Below, piece by piece: positions 25,301 to 37,500 of a stretch of DNA of 64,000 bases; the stretch's first letter is position 1; every line of letters starts with the position of its first letter. The notes under the pieces are model-generated. The model did not search any database. It had not been told where the DNA came from and worked only from the letters and a program-made list of their open reading frames with translations. The translations under genes were made by a program, and so were the position numbers. This DNA is from Octopus bimaculoides (taxonomy: Eukaryota), in NCBI RefSeq assembly GCF_001194135.2, contig NC_068983.1:29203511-29267510 (forward strand). Reading direction: 5' to 3'.

Positions 25301-26484
25301 GCATTCATGTATGTGTGTGTGTGTATGTATGTGTGTGTGTGCATATGTATGTGTATGTCAAGTAACTGCTTCTTGAGTACTACTGATAACATGTAACCCA
25401 GCCCCAACTATTGCATGGTCAGCTCGTCGGTTACCAAAATGGCAACCCTACCAAGCAAGTTCAGCGAGGAGGGTGACCGTTGGACACTCTGTGGGATGCA
25501 AAACAAGACCCATCAAAGGGCAGAGGAACTCATGAGAATCAATGGCCATCCAACATTGTGAGGATACTCTAATATAACACCCACTAAAATTGCTGAGCCA
25601 GACACCTAGCCTTGACCTATCTTTGGAAGCACTTAGCACTACTTGGGAAAGTAGTACAATGCAGTACAAGTTGCACAAGACTTAAATTCTGCACAGGCCT
25701 TTCCAACATCATTGTTAACAGTCTCTGTTGTGTTCATTGCTATGGTTTATTGTCCATTTATGGTGTTTAGTAATTTTATTCTAAATTATACAAGGTAATG
25801 TCTTTTTGCATATTAGTTGTGTGTTGTTAGTTTTAATTAGTTTAGTGCCAATGTATATGAACTCTGTCAGTGTTGGTGTTGAAAAGTCGTATTTGATTAA
25901 CAAGTTGACAGCCACTGATGTATGAACACTTATGCACATGTGTCTGCATGTGACTATGTATGTATACAGATGCAAGAACACATATTTGTATAGCAAAATA
26001 TAGTGTTAGTGAAAATTCACATAAACTGTGATATTAGTTCTTGCACACACACACACACACACAACACACACACTATATATAGATGCACATACAGTGTTAC
26101 AAAGATTTTAATCAAACAAACTCTTTGGCTGGCACCAAAAGGTCACACAAAGGAAGTTAAAGAGGGTAAATGTCAGAGACACTGAGAAGGGGGAATAAAA
26201 CATTTGAAAGTATGTTACACCAACATAATAGCAACTGTGGGTATAAGTTGTTGTAGTTGTTAAATTCTAGAAGGTCAGACTTGATGGAGCAGACCTAAGG
26301 TCAAAAATCTTTTCAGCAACAACCATCCCATTTTTTTTTATGTACACTGTATCTAAGATTACAAGATCCAAAGAGAATCTTTTTTCTTTTCTGAAGATGG
26401 TAGGATGTTATTTGAGGGAGATTTGGTTGTTCTATCTAGCAGGTAAAGCAACCATATAACAGGGTTCCTTGCTGGCTTATACAG

Positions 26485-26885
26485 TTATCTGATGGTGCTG
26501 TAATACTTCGTGAGTGAATTTGCAAAAATCAAAATTATAAAGAAGCCCATTGTATTTATAAACTGGCATACCTGAACTTCCATCATTTCGAGTTATGGCT
26601 TTATGTCATTTTCTTGAAGAAATTAATGAGAAAAATAAATCTCAACTTCAGCTGATTTATCTGATGTTTATGTCAGTCTCAGCTAACATATTTAAAACAT
26701 AAAATTTTTAAAAAAAAAACAAATGCCTAAAAACCAATACTGAAATAGAAAATCAAAATACATGTGAAAATATGTACAAACTATTTATCAAAACAGAGAT
26801 AAGCTAATGAAAGTTTTTAAAATATTTTTCCATGTTACTTCATTTTTCGAGTTTAGCTGTGAAACTTTAAGTCACATAGAGCTGA
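26485..26885. mobile_element. DNA-transposon-like repeat; related segment at ~49240-49440
   Basis: Shared AAAACCAATACTGAA...AAAATCAAAATACATGTGAAAATATGTACAAA...AAAACAGA..TAAGCTAAT block at both loci. Confidence 0.5.
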
Positions 26886-27406
26886 ATCAAACTGTTTTAA
26901 ATAATAATAATAATAATAATCTTTTCTACTAAAGGCACAAGGCCTGAAAATTTGGAGGGGGTTAGTCGATTACATTGACCCCAGTGTTTCATATCGAACT
27001 CGATATGAATAAAGCTATAAATATCAGCGTGTAAAATCCTTTGGATCGAAAAAGTCGAAAGCTGGGCGCCTTCGACTTTTTCTATCAAAAAGGTTCTTAA
27101 ACCCTGTATGTGCACATTATTATTTATAGCTGTCTCTACTTCGACTTTCACCGTTCCGAAAAAGAATTACTCTTTTACTTGTTTCAGTCATTTGGCTGTG
27201 GCCATGCTGTAGCACCGCCTTTAGTCGAGCAAATCAACCCCAGGACTTATACTTTGTAAGCCTAGTACTTATTCTATCGGTCTCTTTTGCCAAACCGCTA
27301 AGTTACAGGGACGTAAACACACCAGCATCGGTTGTCAAGCAATGTTGGGGGACAAACACAGACACACAAACACACACACTCCTACAAACAAACAGCCACT
27401 CCTACG

Positions 27407-27655
27407 CCTATTTAGGAACCTTTTCAGTAGGATGGGCTACTCAACCTGAAGAAAATTCTAACTGGGCCCCACCTGTGAGGTCATGCGCTGTTTATCTTGA
27501 TATGAGATCACCATGTCGCGCACATATGGTTGTGATGCATGTGCCTGGTGTACCCTGATCAGATGGGTAGTCATGATGGGTATAACGAGCTTCATATATT
27601 TTACCCCAGTGTCACTTTGATGGCATGCACTGCTCTCTCACTCAATAATAATAAT
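27407..27655 (+). mobile_element. Non-LTR retroelement 3' end with (AAT)n tail (family E)
   Basis: Near-identical blocks at ~34925-35175 (-) and ~59755-59940 (+). Confidence 0.75.
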
Positions 27656-28485
27656 GATCATAATGTATGTATGCATATATTCTCTCACTAAAAGTGGATT
27701 CCATTCAAAAAGGATAATGTAAAAGGAAAGGGGTGCAAATTATATCTGGAATGATTTTTTGTAGTATAATAAAACACACACACACGTCTTTATGTATATA
27801 GTCGCCCATCATCTACAATTACCATTTGTATATATTTTTCACTGCGCTAAAAGTGAACAGAAATCTTCATCAGTATTACTATATGACCTAATTCTGGTAA
27901 AAGGCGGCTATACTGCATGGATGACTGAATGAAGAAATTTTATATACCAGTTGGAAATCGAGTTAAACTACAAAACCCAACACAAGATGCCAACAAAACA
28001 GCATACTGAATGCACAACTGATACTAAAACAGAGCCTGTACATGGTTACGTGTCTTGCTAAAAATAGCAGCCAAATCTCCTTCAACCTCCCCCACACACA
28101 ACTATCTTAAATTAAGGATTCACTGGATGGTGTAGTGAAGAGTGAATACACTATGTCTGTCAAAAAAAAAAAATAAGAAGAAATGGTCATGGTTGGAACA
28201 CTTCAATCATAAGTCAGCTCAATCAGGGATGATATTGTACTTAAGAATTACAACTTAACTAAACTTTATTCTTCTACTTGTTTCAGTCATTAGACTGTGG
28301 CCATGCTGGAGTGCAGCCTTGAAGGGTTTTTTTTAGTCAAACAAATCGACTTTTTTTTTTTTAAAGCCTAGTAACTTATTCCATCAGTTTCTTTTGCTGA
28401 AACGCTCAGTTATGGGGACATAAACACACCAACACCAGTTGTCAAGCAGTGAGGAGGGGACAAACACAAAGACACACACACACAG

Positions 28486-28544
<59 letters not shown>

Positions 28545-28829
28545 ACAAGTTTCTTTCAGTTTCCATCTACCAAATACACTCACAAGGCTTTGGTTAGCCC
28601 AGGGCTATAGTAGAAGACACTTGCCCAAGGTGCCATTCAGCAAGACTGAACCTGGAACCATGCAGTTGGGGAGCAAGCTTCAGTTTTCCATATATAACAG
28701 TTAGTAGCATCATATTAATGGAGAGGAGCTTCAATAATAGTTCTTCTGGGGTAACACTTTTCCCATTTTGTCCACTGGGACCATAAGGCATTCTGAATTA
28801 CAAGAAATTGTACATTCTACTCCTTAATA

Positions 28830-28932
28830 TATAGATGTTTTCGATCTAGTTTGGATTCTTTGCCATCAAATTTGATTGCAAAGGATTCAAATTTGATAGC
28901 AAAAAATCCAAACTAGATCGAAAACATCTATA
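28830..28932. mobile_element. ~100-bp palindromic MITE/hairpin
   Basis: TATAGATGTTTTCGATCTAGTTTGGATT ... AATCCAAACTAGATCGAAAACATCTATA. Confidence 0.75.
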
Positions 28933-30188
28933 AAGTTACTGCACCCATTTCCTTAAGTTATACAGTGATAAGAAAATATTGGTATAATGATTAATATTAT
29001 TTTAATCTGATCTTAGCAAGTATCAGAGACAACTGTGGACGTGTTTCAGTTTTATTACACCTCCTCAGTGCAGTATAACCTTCTCTGTATTTACCATATT
29101 AGTAACAAAATTTTTATATTGGCTGTCAAACCAGGTGAAATCGTAGTCATGGCCGATGCCAGTGTCGCATAGCTGGCACATAAAAAGCACCCTTTGAAGG
29201 TTGGGTTATGTACCATGCTTGAGAAGACCTGTAAAACCAAGCGAAATTGTAGTCATGCTATTGTCGCATAACTGGCACTTATGCCAGTGGCATGTAAAAA
29301 GCAATGTTTCAAACATTGGGCCTCACAGAGGCAGTGAGAAATGACCGAGACCTTTGGCAATATACTGTGCTGAGATTGTAGTCATGGCCAATGCCAGTGT
29401 TGCGTAACTGGCACTTCTGTCAGTGGCACATAAAAAAGCACCCACTGCACTCTTGGAGTGGTTGGTGTTAGGAAGGGCATCTTGCTGTAGAAACCATGTC
29501 AAATCAGACTGGAGCCTGGTGCAGCTTACCAGTTTGCGGTTAAATCATCCAACCCATGCCAGCATGGAAAACAGATATTAAATGATGACGATGATGAAGT
29601 GGGTGTCACACAATAATAATCACTTAAGAAAATTATCCTGAGACACCATCTGCATAAAAAAATAACAGTCAAGTTAAGACAATTACAGAGATAGTTGTTG
29701 TTGATTACCTGTATTGGCTATCAGCAATGTAAACAATGTCCTCTTTTTAATGAACTCATTAGTCTAACCTTTGTAGTTTGTTATCTTTCTTTGTCACAGT
29801 GAGGTTTGCAACTTCAAGGTAATTAATTGCCAAGGTAACATCATAAAATCAAAGTCTCAAGGAACGAATTGTGTTTTTGAAATTCTCAACAGTTTACAGA
29901 TAATCATATTTCTGCCGGAGCCTCTGAGGAGACATCTAGGTAGTTACTCCAGATGCTAGAAATAGCAGCCAAAACTCTCTTGCTTCAAACTGCCAGCAGA
30001 AAAAATAGGATAGATTGAATAATGTACTCCTAAATATACAATGATTAGGAGAAAGACATGTTGGTTATGACTAATCAACAAGAACAACATATTTCTGGAC
30101 AGGCATGGCTATCTGGTAAGAAGTTTGCTTCCCAACCACATGGTTTCCAGTTCAATCCCACTGCATAGCATCTTGGGCAAGCATTTTC

Positions 30189-30828
30189 GGCACTGTCATG
30201 CTATTAGCTGTCAGAAGTGAAAGTGCTCACTGCTAGTGAAGTATCTGTCTGTCTGCCTGCATGCCTGTTGCTAGCCTGTCGATTCTTTGGCTACTGACAG
30301 CTAATACCATGACTGGCCAGAGCGAGCTATATGTCTGTCTGTCTCTCTCTCTCTCTCTCTATCTATCTATCACTCGAAAGTTATTGGAACAAATTTGACA
30401 CCTATATCCATGCGTTTGAAAACACACAGAGTATAAGGGTACTACTAAAGCAGAGTGGTCCCAAATTTTCAACAGAGAGAATTTATCAAAATAGAAAACA
30501 AATGAAGTTTGAAGTTTAAAAATAATAGGATCGACCACTCACGACTAGCTAGCCCGGACGCGCGTTCGGGACCACTCTGCTTTAGTAGTACCCTTATACT
30601 CTGGGTGTTTTCAAACGCATGGATATAGGTGTCAAATTTGTTCCAATAACTTTCGAGTAATAGATAGAGAGAGAGACAGACAGACAGACATATAGCTCGC
30701 TCCGGCCAGTCATGGTATTAGCTGTCAGTAGCCAAAGAATGATAGGCCAGCAACAGGCAGGCAGACAGACAGATACTTCACTAGCAATGAGCACTTTCAC
30801 TTCTGACAGCTAATAGCATGACAGTGCC
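30189..30828. mobile_element. Foldback non-autonomous DNA transposon (Merlin-like) with ~260-275-bp inverted arms, inserted in a SINE
   Basis: Arms 30189-30462 and 30568-30828 are reverse complements; perfect 8-bp TSD GCATTTTC (30181-30188, 30829-30836); termini GGCAC...GTGCC. Confidence 0.85.
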
Positions 30829-31193
30829 GCATTTTCTACTATAGCCTCAGGCCAACCAAAACCTTGAGTGGATTTGATAAACAGAAACTAAAAGAAGCCT
30901 GTCATATATATGTGTGTGTGTGTGTGTCACCACCACTCGACAACTGATGTCCATATGTTTACATATAAGTCCTGTATCATCATCATCATCGTTTAACGTC
31001 CGCTTTCCATGCTAGCATGGGTTGGACGATTTGACTGAGGACTGGTGAAACCGGATGGCAACACCAGGCTCCAGTCTGATTTGGCAGAGTTTCTACAGCT
31101 GGATGCCCTTCCTAACGCCAACCACTCAGAGAGTGTAGTATATATATATATATATATTTATTGGCTAAACTGGCAATATGACCATCCCCAAGT

Positions 31194-31235
<42 letters not shown>

Positions 31236-31835
31236 NNNNNNNNNNNNNNNNNNNNNNNNNNNNNNNNNNNNNNNNNNNNNNNNNNNNNNNNNNNNNNNNN
31301 NNNNNNNNNNNNNNNNNNNNNNNNNNNNNNNNNNNNNNNNNNNNNNNNNNNNNNNNNNNNNNNNNNNNNNNNNNNNNNNNNNNNNNNNNNNNNNNNNNNN
31401 NNNNNNNNNNNNNNNNNNNNNNNNNNNNNNNNNNNNNNNNNNNNNNNNNNNNNNNNNNNNNNNNNNNNNNNNNNNNNNNNNNNNNNNNNNNNNNNNNNNN
31501 NNNNNNNNNNNNNNNNNNNNNNNNNNNNNNNNNNNNNNNNNNNNNNNNNNNNNNNNNNNNNNNNNNNNNNNNNNNNNNNNNNNNNNNNNNNNNNNNNNNN
31601 NNNNNNNNNNNNNNNNNNNNNNNNNNNNNNNNNNNNNNNNNNNNNNNNNNNNNNNNNNNNNNNNNNNNNNNNNNNNNNNNNNNNNNNNNNNNNNNNNNNN
31701 NNNNNNNNNNNNNNNNNNNNNNNNNNNNNNNNNNNNNNNNNNNNNNNNNNNNNNNNNNNNNNNNNNNNNNNNNNNNNNNNNNNNNNNNNNNNNNNNNNNN
31801 NNNNNNNNNNNNNNNNNNNNNNNNNNNNNNNNNNN

Positions 31836-31896
<61 letters not shown>

Positions 31897-32003
31897 AGGT
31901 CCTATATATATAAAATGTGTACTTTTTGTCAATTTCCGTTTCCATTTCCGCTTCACATTTCACTACATTTATTAAAATAACCCCCTTGTTTTTTAAAATA
32001 AAC

Positions 32004-32107
32004 CCTTTTTGTTGAAGAACTGTTACTTTAAACATTTCTTTCAATGAGCCAAAAAAGACACTCTCATCAAAGACCGTTTGTGCATTCATGGCAGCTGCTG
32101 CTTATTT
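32004..32107 (-). CDS. Candidate first coding exon of the minus-strand gene (MNAQTVFDESVFFGSLKEMFK...); 3' boundary uncertain
   Basis: Long pyrimidine tract + AAG acceptor, GCTGCCATG start context at 32089, unique sequence. Donors are weak: AAA|GTAACA at 32027 (phase 0) or GG|GTTTAT at 32004 (phase 2, which fits 24514). Confidence 0.4.
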
Positions 32108-33289
32108 CTTTAAGAGAAAAAAAAAAGGAAAAACATTACTAAATATATAACATCTCCATGACATCTTCACCATTTTTCTATAAAATGTAATACTAGGATA
32201 ACCTTTTATCTTCTATCTGTTTCAGTCATTAGACTGTGGCCACGCTGGAGCACCATCTTTCGGAATTTTAGTCAAATGAATCAACTGCAGTATTTTTAAT
32301 TTTGTTGAGCGTGGTACTTGTTCTATTGGTTGCTTTTTCCGAAATGCTAAATTATGGGGATATAAACACACCAACACTGGTTGTCAAGTGACACGACAGG
32401 CTTCTTTCAGTTTCCTTTTACCAAATCCCCCTCACAAACCTTTGGTTAGACCAAGGCTATAAGTTCAAGGTGCCATGCAGTGCGACTGAACCCAGAATGT
32501 GGTTGGAAAGTATTTGTGTTTGTCCCCACCACCGCATGACAACCAGTGTTGGTGTGGTTGCATCCCCATAACTTAGCAGTTCGACAAAAATGACCAACAG
32601 AATAAGTACCAGGCTTAAAAAAGCAAGTACTAGAGTCAATTCATTTGACTAAAAATTCAAGGCGGTGCCCCAACATGGCTGCAGTCCAATGACTGAAACA
32701 AGCAGAGCATAAAAGAATATATATATATGTATGTATATATATCTTCTATAATAATAAAAGCAAAATTTTGTTTGTCCATCTGGGACCCCTGTACTTCAGT
32801 CTACATCTCTACATATACATATTATACCTTTTTGGAATAAGAATGATCCTGGAATTGCAAATCTGCCCTTAGTTTGGTTCTTGAATATCCAGCATTGTGA
32901 TGCAATTTAAAAGCATTTGGGTTGCTATTTCTAGCAGTTAAAACTTAACTGATTTACACCATCTTGGTTGGCATTTGTCAGATGATGTCAGAGATTAAGG
33001 GGGAGATAAATGACATTCACCTCATTTATTTTACTTCAAGATAAGAATTTTGGGACAAATTGGCCAACAGTTGGAATTCAACTTGGGACTGGAACAATAG
33101 AATGATTGCATTACAGAATTAATTCTCATTCATTCTTAATCTCTGATCAAACACCACCAGGGCATATAGTCATTATAGATGTATTACAGTCATGCTATTT
33201 AGCTCTATTTAGCTTTGGGTCACAGGTCCAATTAGCCCACTGGAGGAGCTAGCTTAAAAATCCACACGGAGTGTGGTTTTTAAACTATA

Positions 33290-33380
33290 ATATAATATAT
33301 ATATTTAAACTATATATAATATATATATTTAAACTATATATAATATATATATTTAAACTATATATAATATATATTATAAA
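33290..33380. repeat. AT-rich ~25-bp tandem repeat
   Basis: TTTAAACTATATATAATATATATAT repeated 3-4 times. Confidence 0.75.
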
Positions 33381-33469
33381 ATATATATAAAATAAAGGAT
33401 AAAGAACATTCCTGAGCCATATATTCATTGGGACAGTTTCTTGGTTTCTGTGGAGCTTATATCCCCTCC

Positions 33470-33645
33470 ACCCTGGACAGGACACCAGTCTGTCGCAGGG
33501 TAACTCATTTTTCCAGGTGAGTAGACTGGAGCAACATGAAATGAAGTGTTTTGCTCAAGAACACAATGCATCGCCCAGTCCAGGAATTGAAACTGCAATC
33601 TTTCATTCATGAGCTCAACACCCTAACCACTAAACCACACTCCAC
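33470..33645 (-). mobile_element. Additional tRNA-derived SINE, 5' part
   Basis: Minus-strand GTGGTTTAGTGGTTAGGGTGTTG...GTTTCAATTCCTGG head followed by GTTCTTGAGCAAAACACTT body. Confidence 0.6.
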
Positions 33646-33889
33646 ATTTACGCATATGTACCATCATCAACATCGTCATTTTACATCTGCTTTCCATGCT
33701 GGCATGGGTTGGACAGGTTGACAGGAGCTGGCTAGGTAGAAGCTCCTGTCAAACCTTCCAACCCATGCCAGCATGCAAAGTGGACTTTAAATGATGATGA
33801 TGATATACGTATGTATATTCTTTTACTTGTTTCAGTCATTTAACTTCAGCCATGCTGGAGCACTGCCTTGAAGGATTTTAGTCAAACAA

Positions 33890-33906
33890 AGATCGGAAGA
33901 GCGTCG
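33890..33906 (+). other. Illumina adapter remnant at a contig end
   Basis: AGATCGGAAGAGCGTCG immediately before the N-gap; matches the TruSeq adapter start AGATCGGAAGAGCGTCGTG. Confidence 0.92.
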
Positions 33907-34044
33907 NNNNNNNNNNNNNNNNNNNNNNNNNNNNNNNNNNNNNNNNNNNNNNNNNNNNNNNNNNNNNNNNNNNNNNNNNNNNNNNNNNNNNNNNNNNNNN
34001 NNNNNNNNNNNNNNNNNNNNNNNNNNNNNNNNNNNNNNNNNNNN

Positions 34045-34128
<84 letters not shown>

Positions 34129-34488
34129 CACACACATACACATACACGCAGATATATATATATATATACACATACACAATGGGTTTCTTTCAGTTTCCAT
34201 CTACCAAATGCACTCACAAGGCTTTGGTCAGCCCAAGGCTTATAGTAGAAGACACTAGCCCAAAGTGCCACACCATGTGGTTGAGAAGCAAGCTTCTTAT
34301 GCATGTGCATGCATATATGTATGTACATATCTATGATGTGTCTCTTTAAGTCCTGTACATTAGCAGTTCAACAAACAGAGAGCTATAAAAAGTATGATTA
34401 ACTGCTTGATGATAGGAAAACCTTGATACTCCAGCAAAGCAACAGCCTAATGAATGAAACCAGCAAAAGAAGAAAAAAATATGAGTAA

Positions 34489-34521
<33 letters not shown>

Positions 34522-37500
34522 TTGGCAATATGTTTATACAGAAGTGTGTCAACTACAGTTGCTATACACCCACAAATTTTCATTATGTTGAATTTGTTCA
34601 AAATTCCTATGACATTTTTTTGGCTTCATAAATGTTTGGAATTCTAAACTTCTCCCATTATCATCCTGTCATCATTATTATCATCATCATCATCAAAGTG
34701 GCGAGCTAGCAGAATTGTTAGCATGCCAGGCGAAATGTTTCGCGGTATTTTGTCTGCCACTACATTCTGAATTCAAATTCTGCCGGGGTCGACTTTGCCA
34801 TTCATCCTTTCAAGGTCGATTAAGTAAGTACCAGTTATGTACTGAGGTCGATGTAATCAACTTAATCCCTTCCTCCAAATTTGAGGCCTTGTGCTTCCAG
34901 TAGAAAGGATTATAATCAACATCTTTATTATTATTATTATTATTAAGTGAGAGAGTAGTGCATGCCATCAAAGTGATACTGGGGTAAAATATACGAAGCC
35001 CATTATACCCATCATGACCACCCATCTGATCAGGATACACCAGGCACATGTATCACAACCATATGTGCACAACATGGTGATCTGATAAACAGCGCATGAC
35101 CTCACAGGTGGGGCCCAATTAGAATTTTCTTCAGGTCGAGTAGCCCATCCCGCTCAAAAGGTCCCTGAATAAAGTTTGTTTAAGGATGTTGAGCAAAACA
35201 CCCATGTTTCCAAAGGTGAATTATTCAAACCCCATGGTTATGATGCTCCCCCACTATTTCTGTTCGTGAACAGAGATGCACATATCGTCAGCCACCAAGG
35301 GATATGCTCAACTGGTTACGGTCAAACAACTGACAAGCAAATCTGTGGTATTAAGCAGAATATTTGCTGTAGCCCATCTTTGTATACCAAGACAAAACAA
35401 TGTACATGATAACACTTCCAATCAATTAAGATCAGATACCATGAGAGCCACTGCCTGATACTGCATCAGGGCATTTATTATTATTATTATTATTTTAAAA
35501 AAAACACTGAGACAAGACTATTTCTACTTTTAATATGCAATGTGTATGAGTGATATGTTGCAGGAATTCAATTTAGAAATAGTTTAGCTGAAGAAGAGAA
35601 GCAAGACGAAAATTGGGAGAATAAAGAAAAACAATTTGCTTTGACACTTCTGGTAATCATTGGGTGGAGTTAGCACATTTCAAGTGAGAAAGAGATGTGA
35701 AAACTCAAATTAGGTTTCATGCTTATGTAAACAGAAATAGGAAAATTATTTTTAGTCTCCCTATGCTTTAAGAGTGTCATTGTACAGAATGAATCAAAAG
35801 TCAATTTTAGTATCAATATGAACAGGTTAACAAAATTAGTCATGATCAGTCAAACTTCTTAATGTTCATCCCATCCGTCTCCATCTCCATCTCTCCCTCT
35901 CTCTGTTTTATGTTGAAGCTGGCCAGATCTAGCCTCTCACACCAACCCTACAATATCTTTCCAAATATTAACAGTTTCTCCATCAAAATGATTACTTCGA
36001 AACAATGTGAATAAATAAGCATTACTTTTGACAGAATAATATGAACGCTAAAGAGTTAAGCAGTTGAACCAGGTATGGTGGTCAATTGAACAATCATGTT
36101 GGCTTGTTTGTCCATGGATAAGATATCTCAAAAACCATTGAATGGATTCAAATGAAACTTTCAGGGATGTTTGGCCTCGTTTTCATTGTTATTTTGTTTA
36201 TTTTACTCAATTTTAGAAGAAAAAAATGCAATATATATGAAATGAGCTTTAATATTGGTACATAACTTTTGGCACCCTGTATATATAATACTTCACATAC
36301 ACATACACGACAGGCTTCTTTCAGTTTCCCACCTACCAGATTCACTCACAAAGCTTTGATCACCTTAGGGTTACATCTTCTATTTTTTATCTGTTACCTG
36401 TTTTAGTCTTTTGGCTGTGACTATACTGGGGTACCACCCTGAAAATTTGTTTTAGTCAAATGAATCAACCGCAGTATTTTTCTTTTTTTTTTAAGCTTGA
36501 TACTTATTCTATCAGTCTCTTTTGCCAAACCGCTAAGTTATGGGGACATAGACACAACAACACTAGTTGTCAAATGTGGGGGAGAAACACAGACACAAAA
36601 ATACACACAAAACTAAATACTTGTCCAAAGTGCCATTCAGTAGGACTGAACCCAAAACTATATGGTTGGGAAACAAAGTCATAAACCACATATCCACACT
36701 TGTGTTCAAGTGTTACGCACAATACACAATGAAGAAGTAGCAACGTGTGACCTAGTTATATTTATTCTACTTTGGATAATATAAGAAAAGCAAGATGATA
36801 TAATAGACATAAGGAACTGGTTAAGAGGAATTTAAGCATGTGTCACCCATTCAAAGAATTTTAAGGAAAAGGGGTTGTGGATGATGAAGAAACTAGCAAG
36901 CAAAATAAAATACTCTACATTTATTGTGGGTGTTGACCGACTAAGAAATAGAAAAGCATTTGTTAGCCCCCATGATTACAACATAAACGAATTTTGTTTT
37001 TTTTTCCAATGTTGACATGGAAGAAGAAGAAGAAGAAGGAGGAGGAGGAGGAGGAGAAGAAGAAGAAATGCAAGCAAAATAAAAAAGAATGATAAAGTCC
37101 CGGCTTTAAAAGAAACTGCAAGTATTTATTTCTAACATAAATACAGGGCCAGCTTCAGGTTAAGGAAAAGAGGGATTGTACCCAGCAAAACCAGTGGTTC
37201 TGATACTAACATCTACCCGTCCACAATAAATAAACCATCATCATCATCATCATTTAACATCACTTTTCCATGCCATCCACTTTACAGAGTGTATTGAGTG
37301 CTTTTTCCATGGAGCCAATATGGGTGCTTTTTACATGGCACCAGGACAGGTGATTCTTATGTGATGCCAGCACAGATGATTGTTACATGGTGCTGGCACA
37401 GGTGGATTCTTAAATGGCACTGGCATGTGGGATTCTTACATGGTACCGGCATGGGTGATTCTTAAGTGACGCTGACACAGGGGATTCTAACGTGGCACTG

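Noticed and set aside
25448-25740. Short Cys-containing minus-strand ORFs as extra exons
   Set aside because: No convincing acceptor/donor pair in the required phase; the sequence looks like a retroelement relic.
27048-27082. Rho-independent terminator or bacterial contamination
   Set aside because: Embedded between host SINEs in an intron with no bacterial ORFs nearby.
29811-29829. Plus-strand micro-exon-like signal (CACAG|TGAGG...CAAG|GTAATT)
   Set aside because: No supporting plus-strand gene in this interval; such signals arise by chance in 60 kb.
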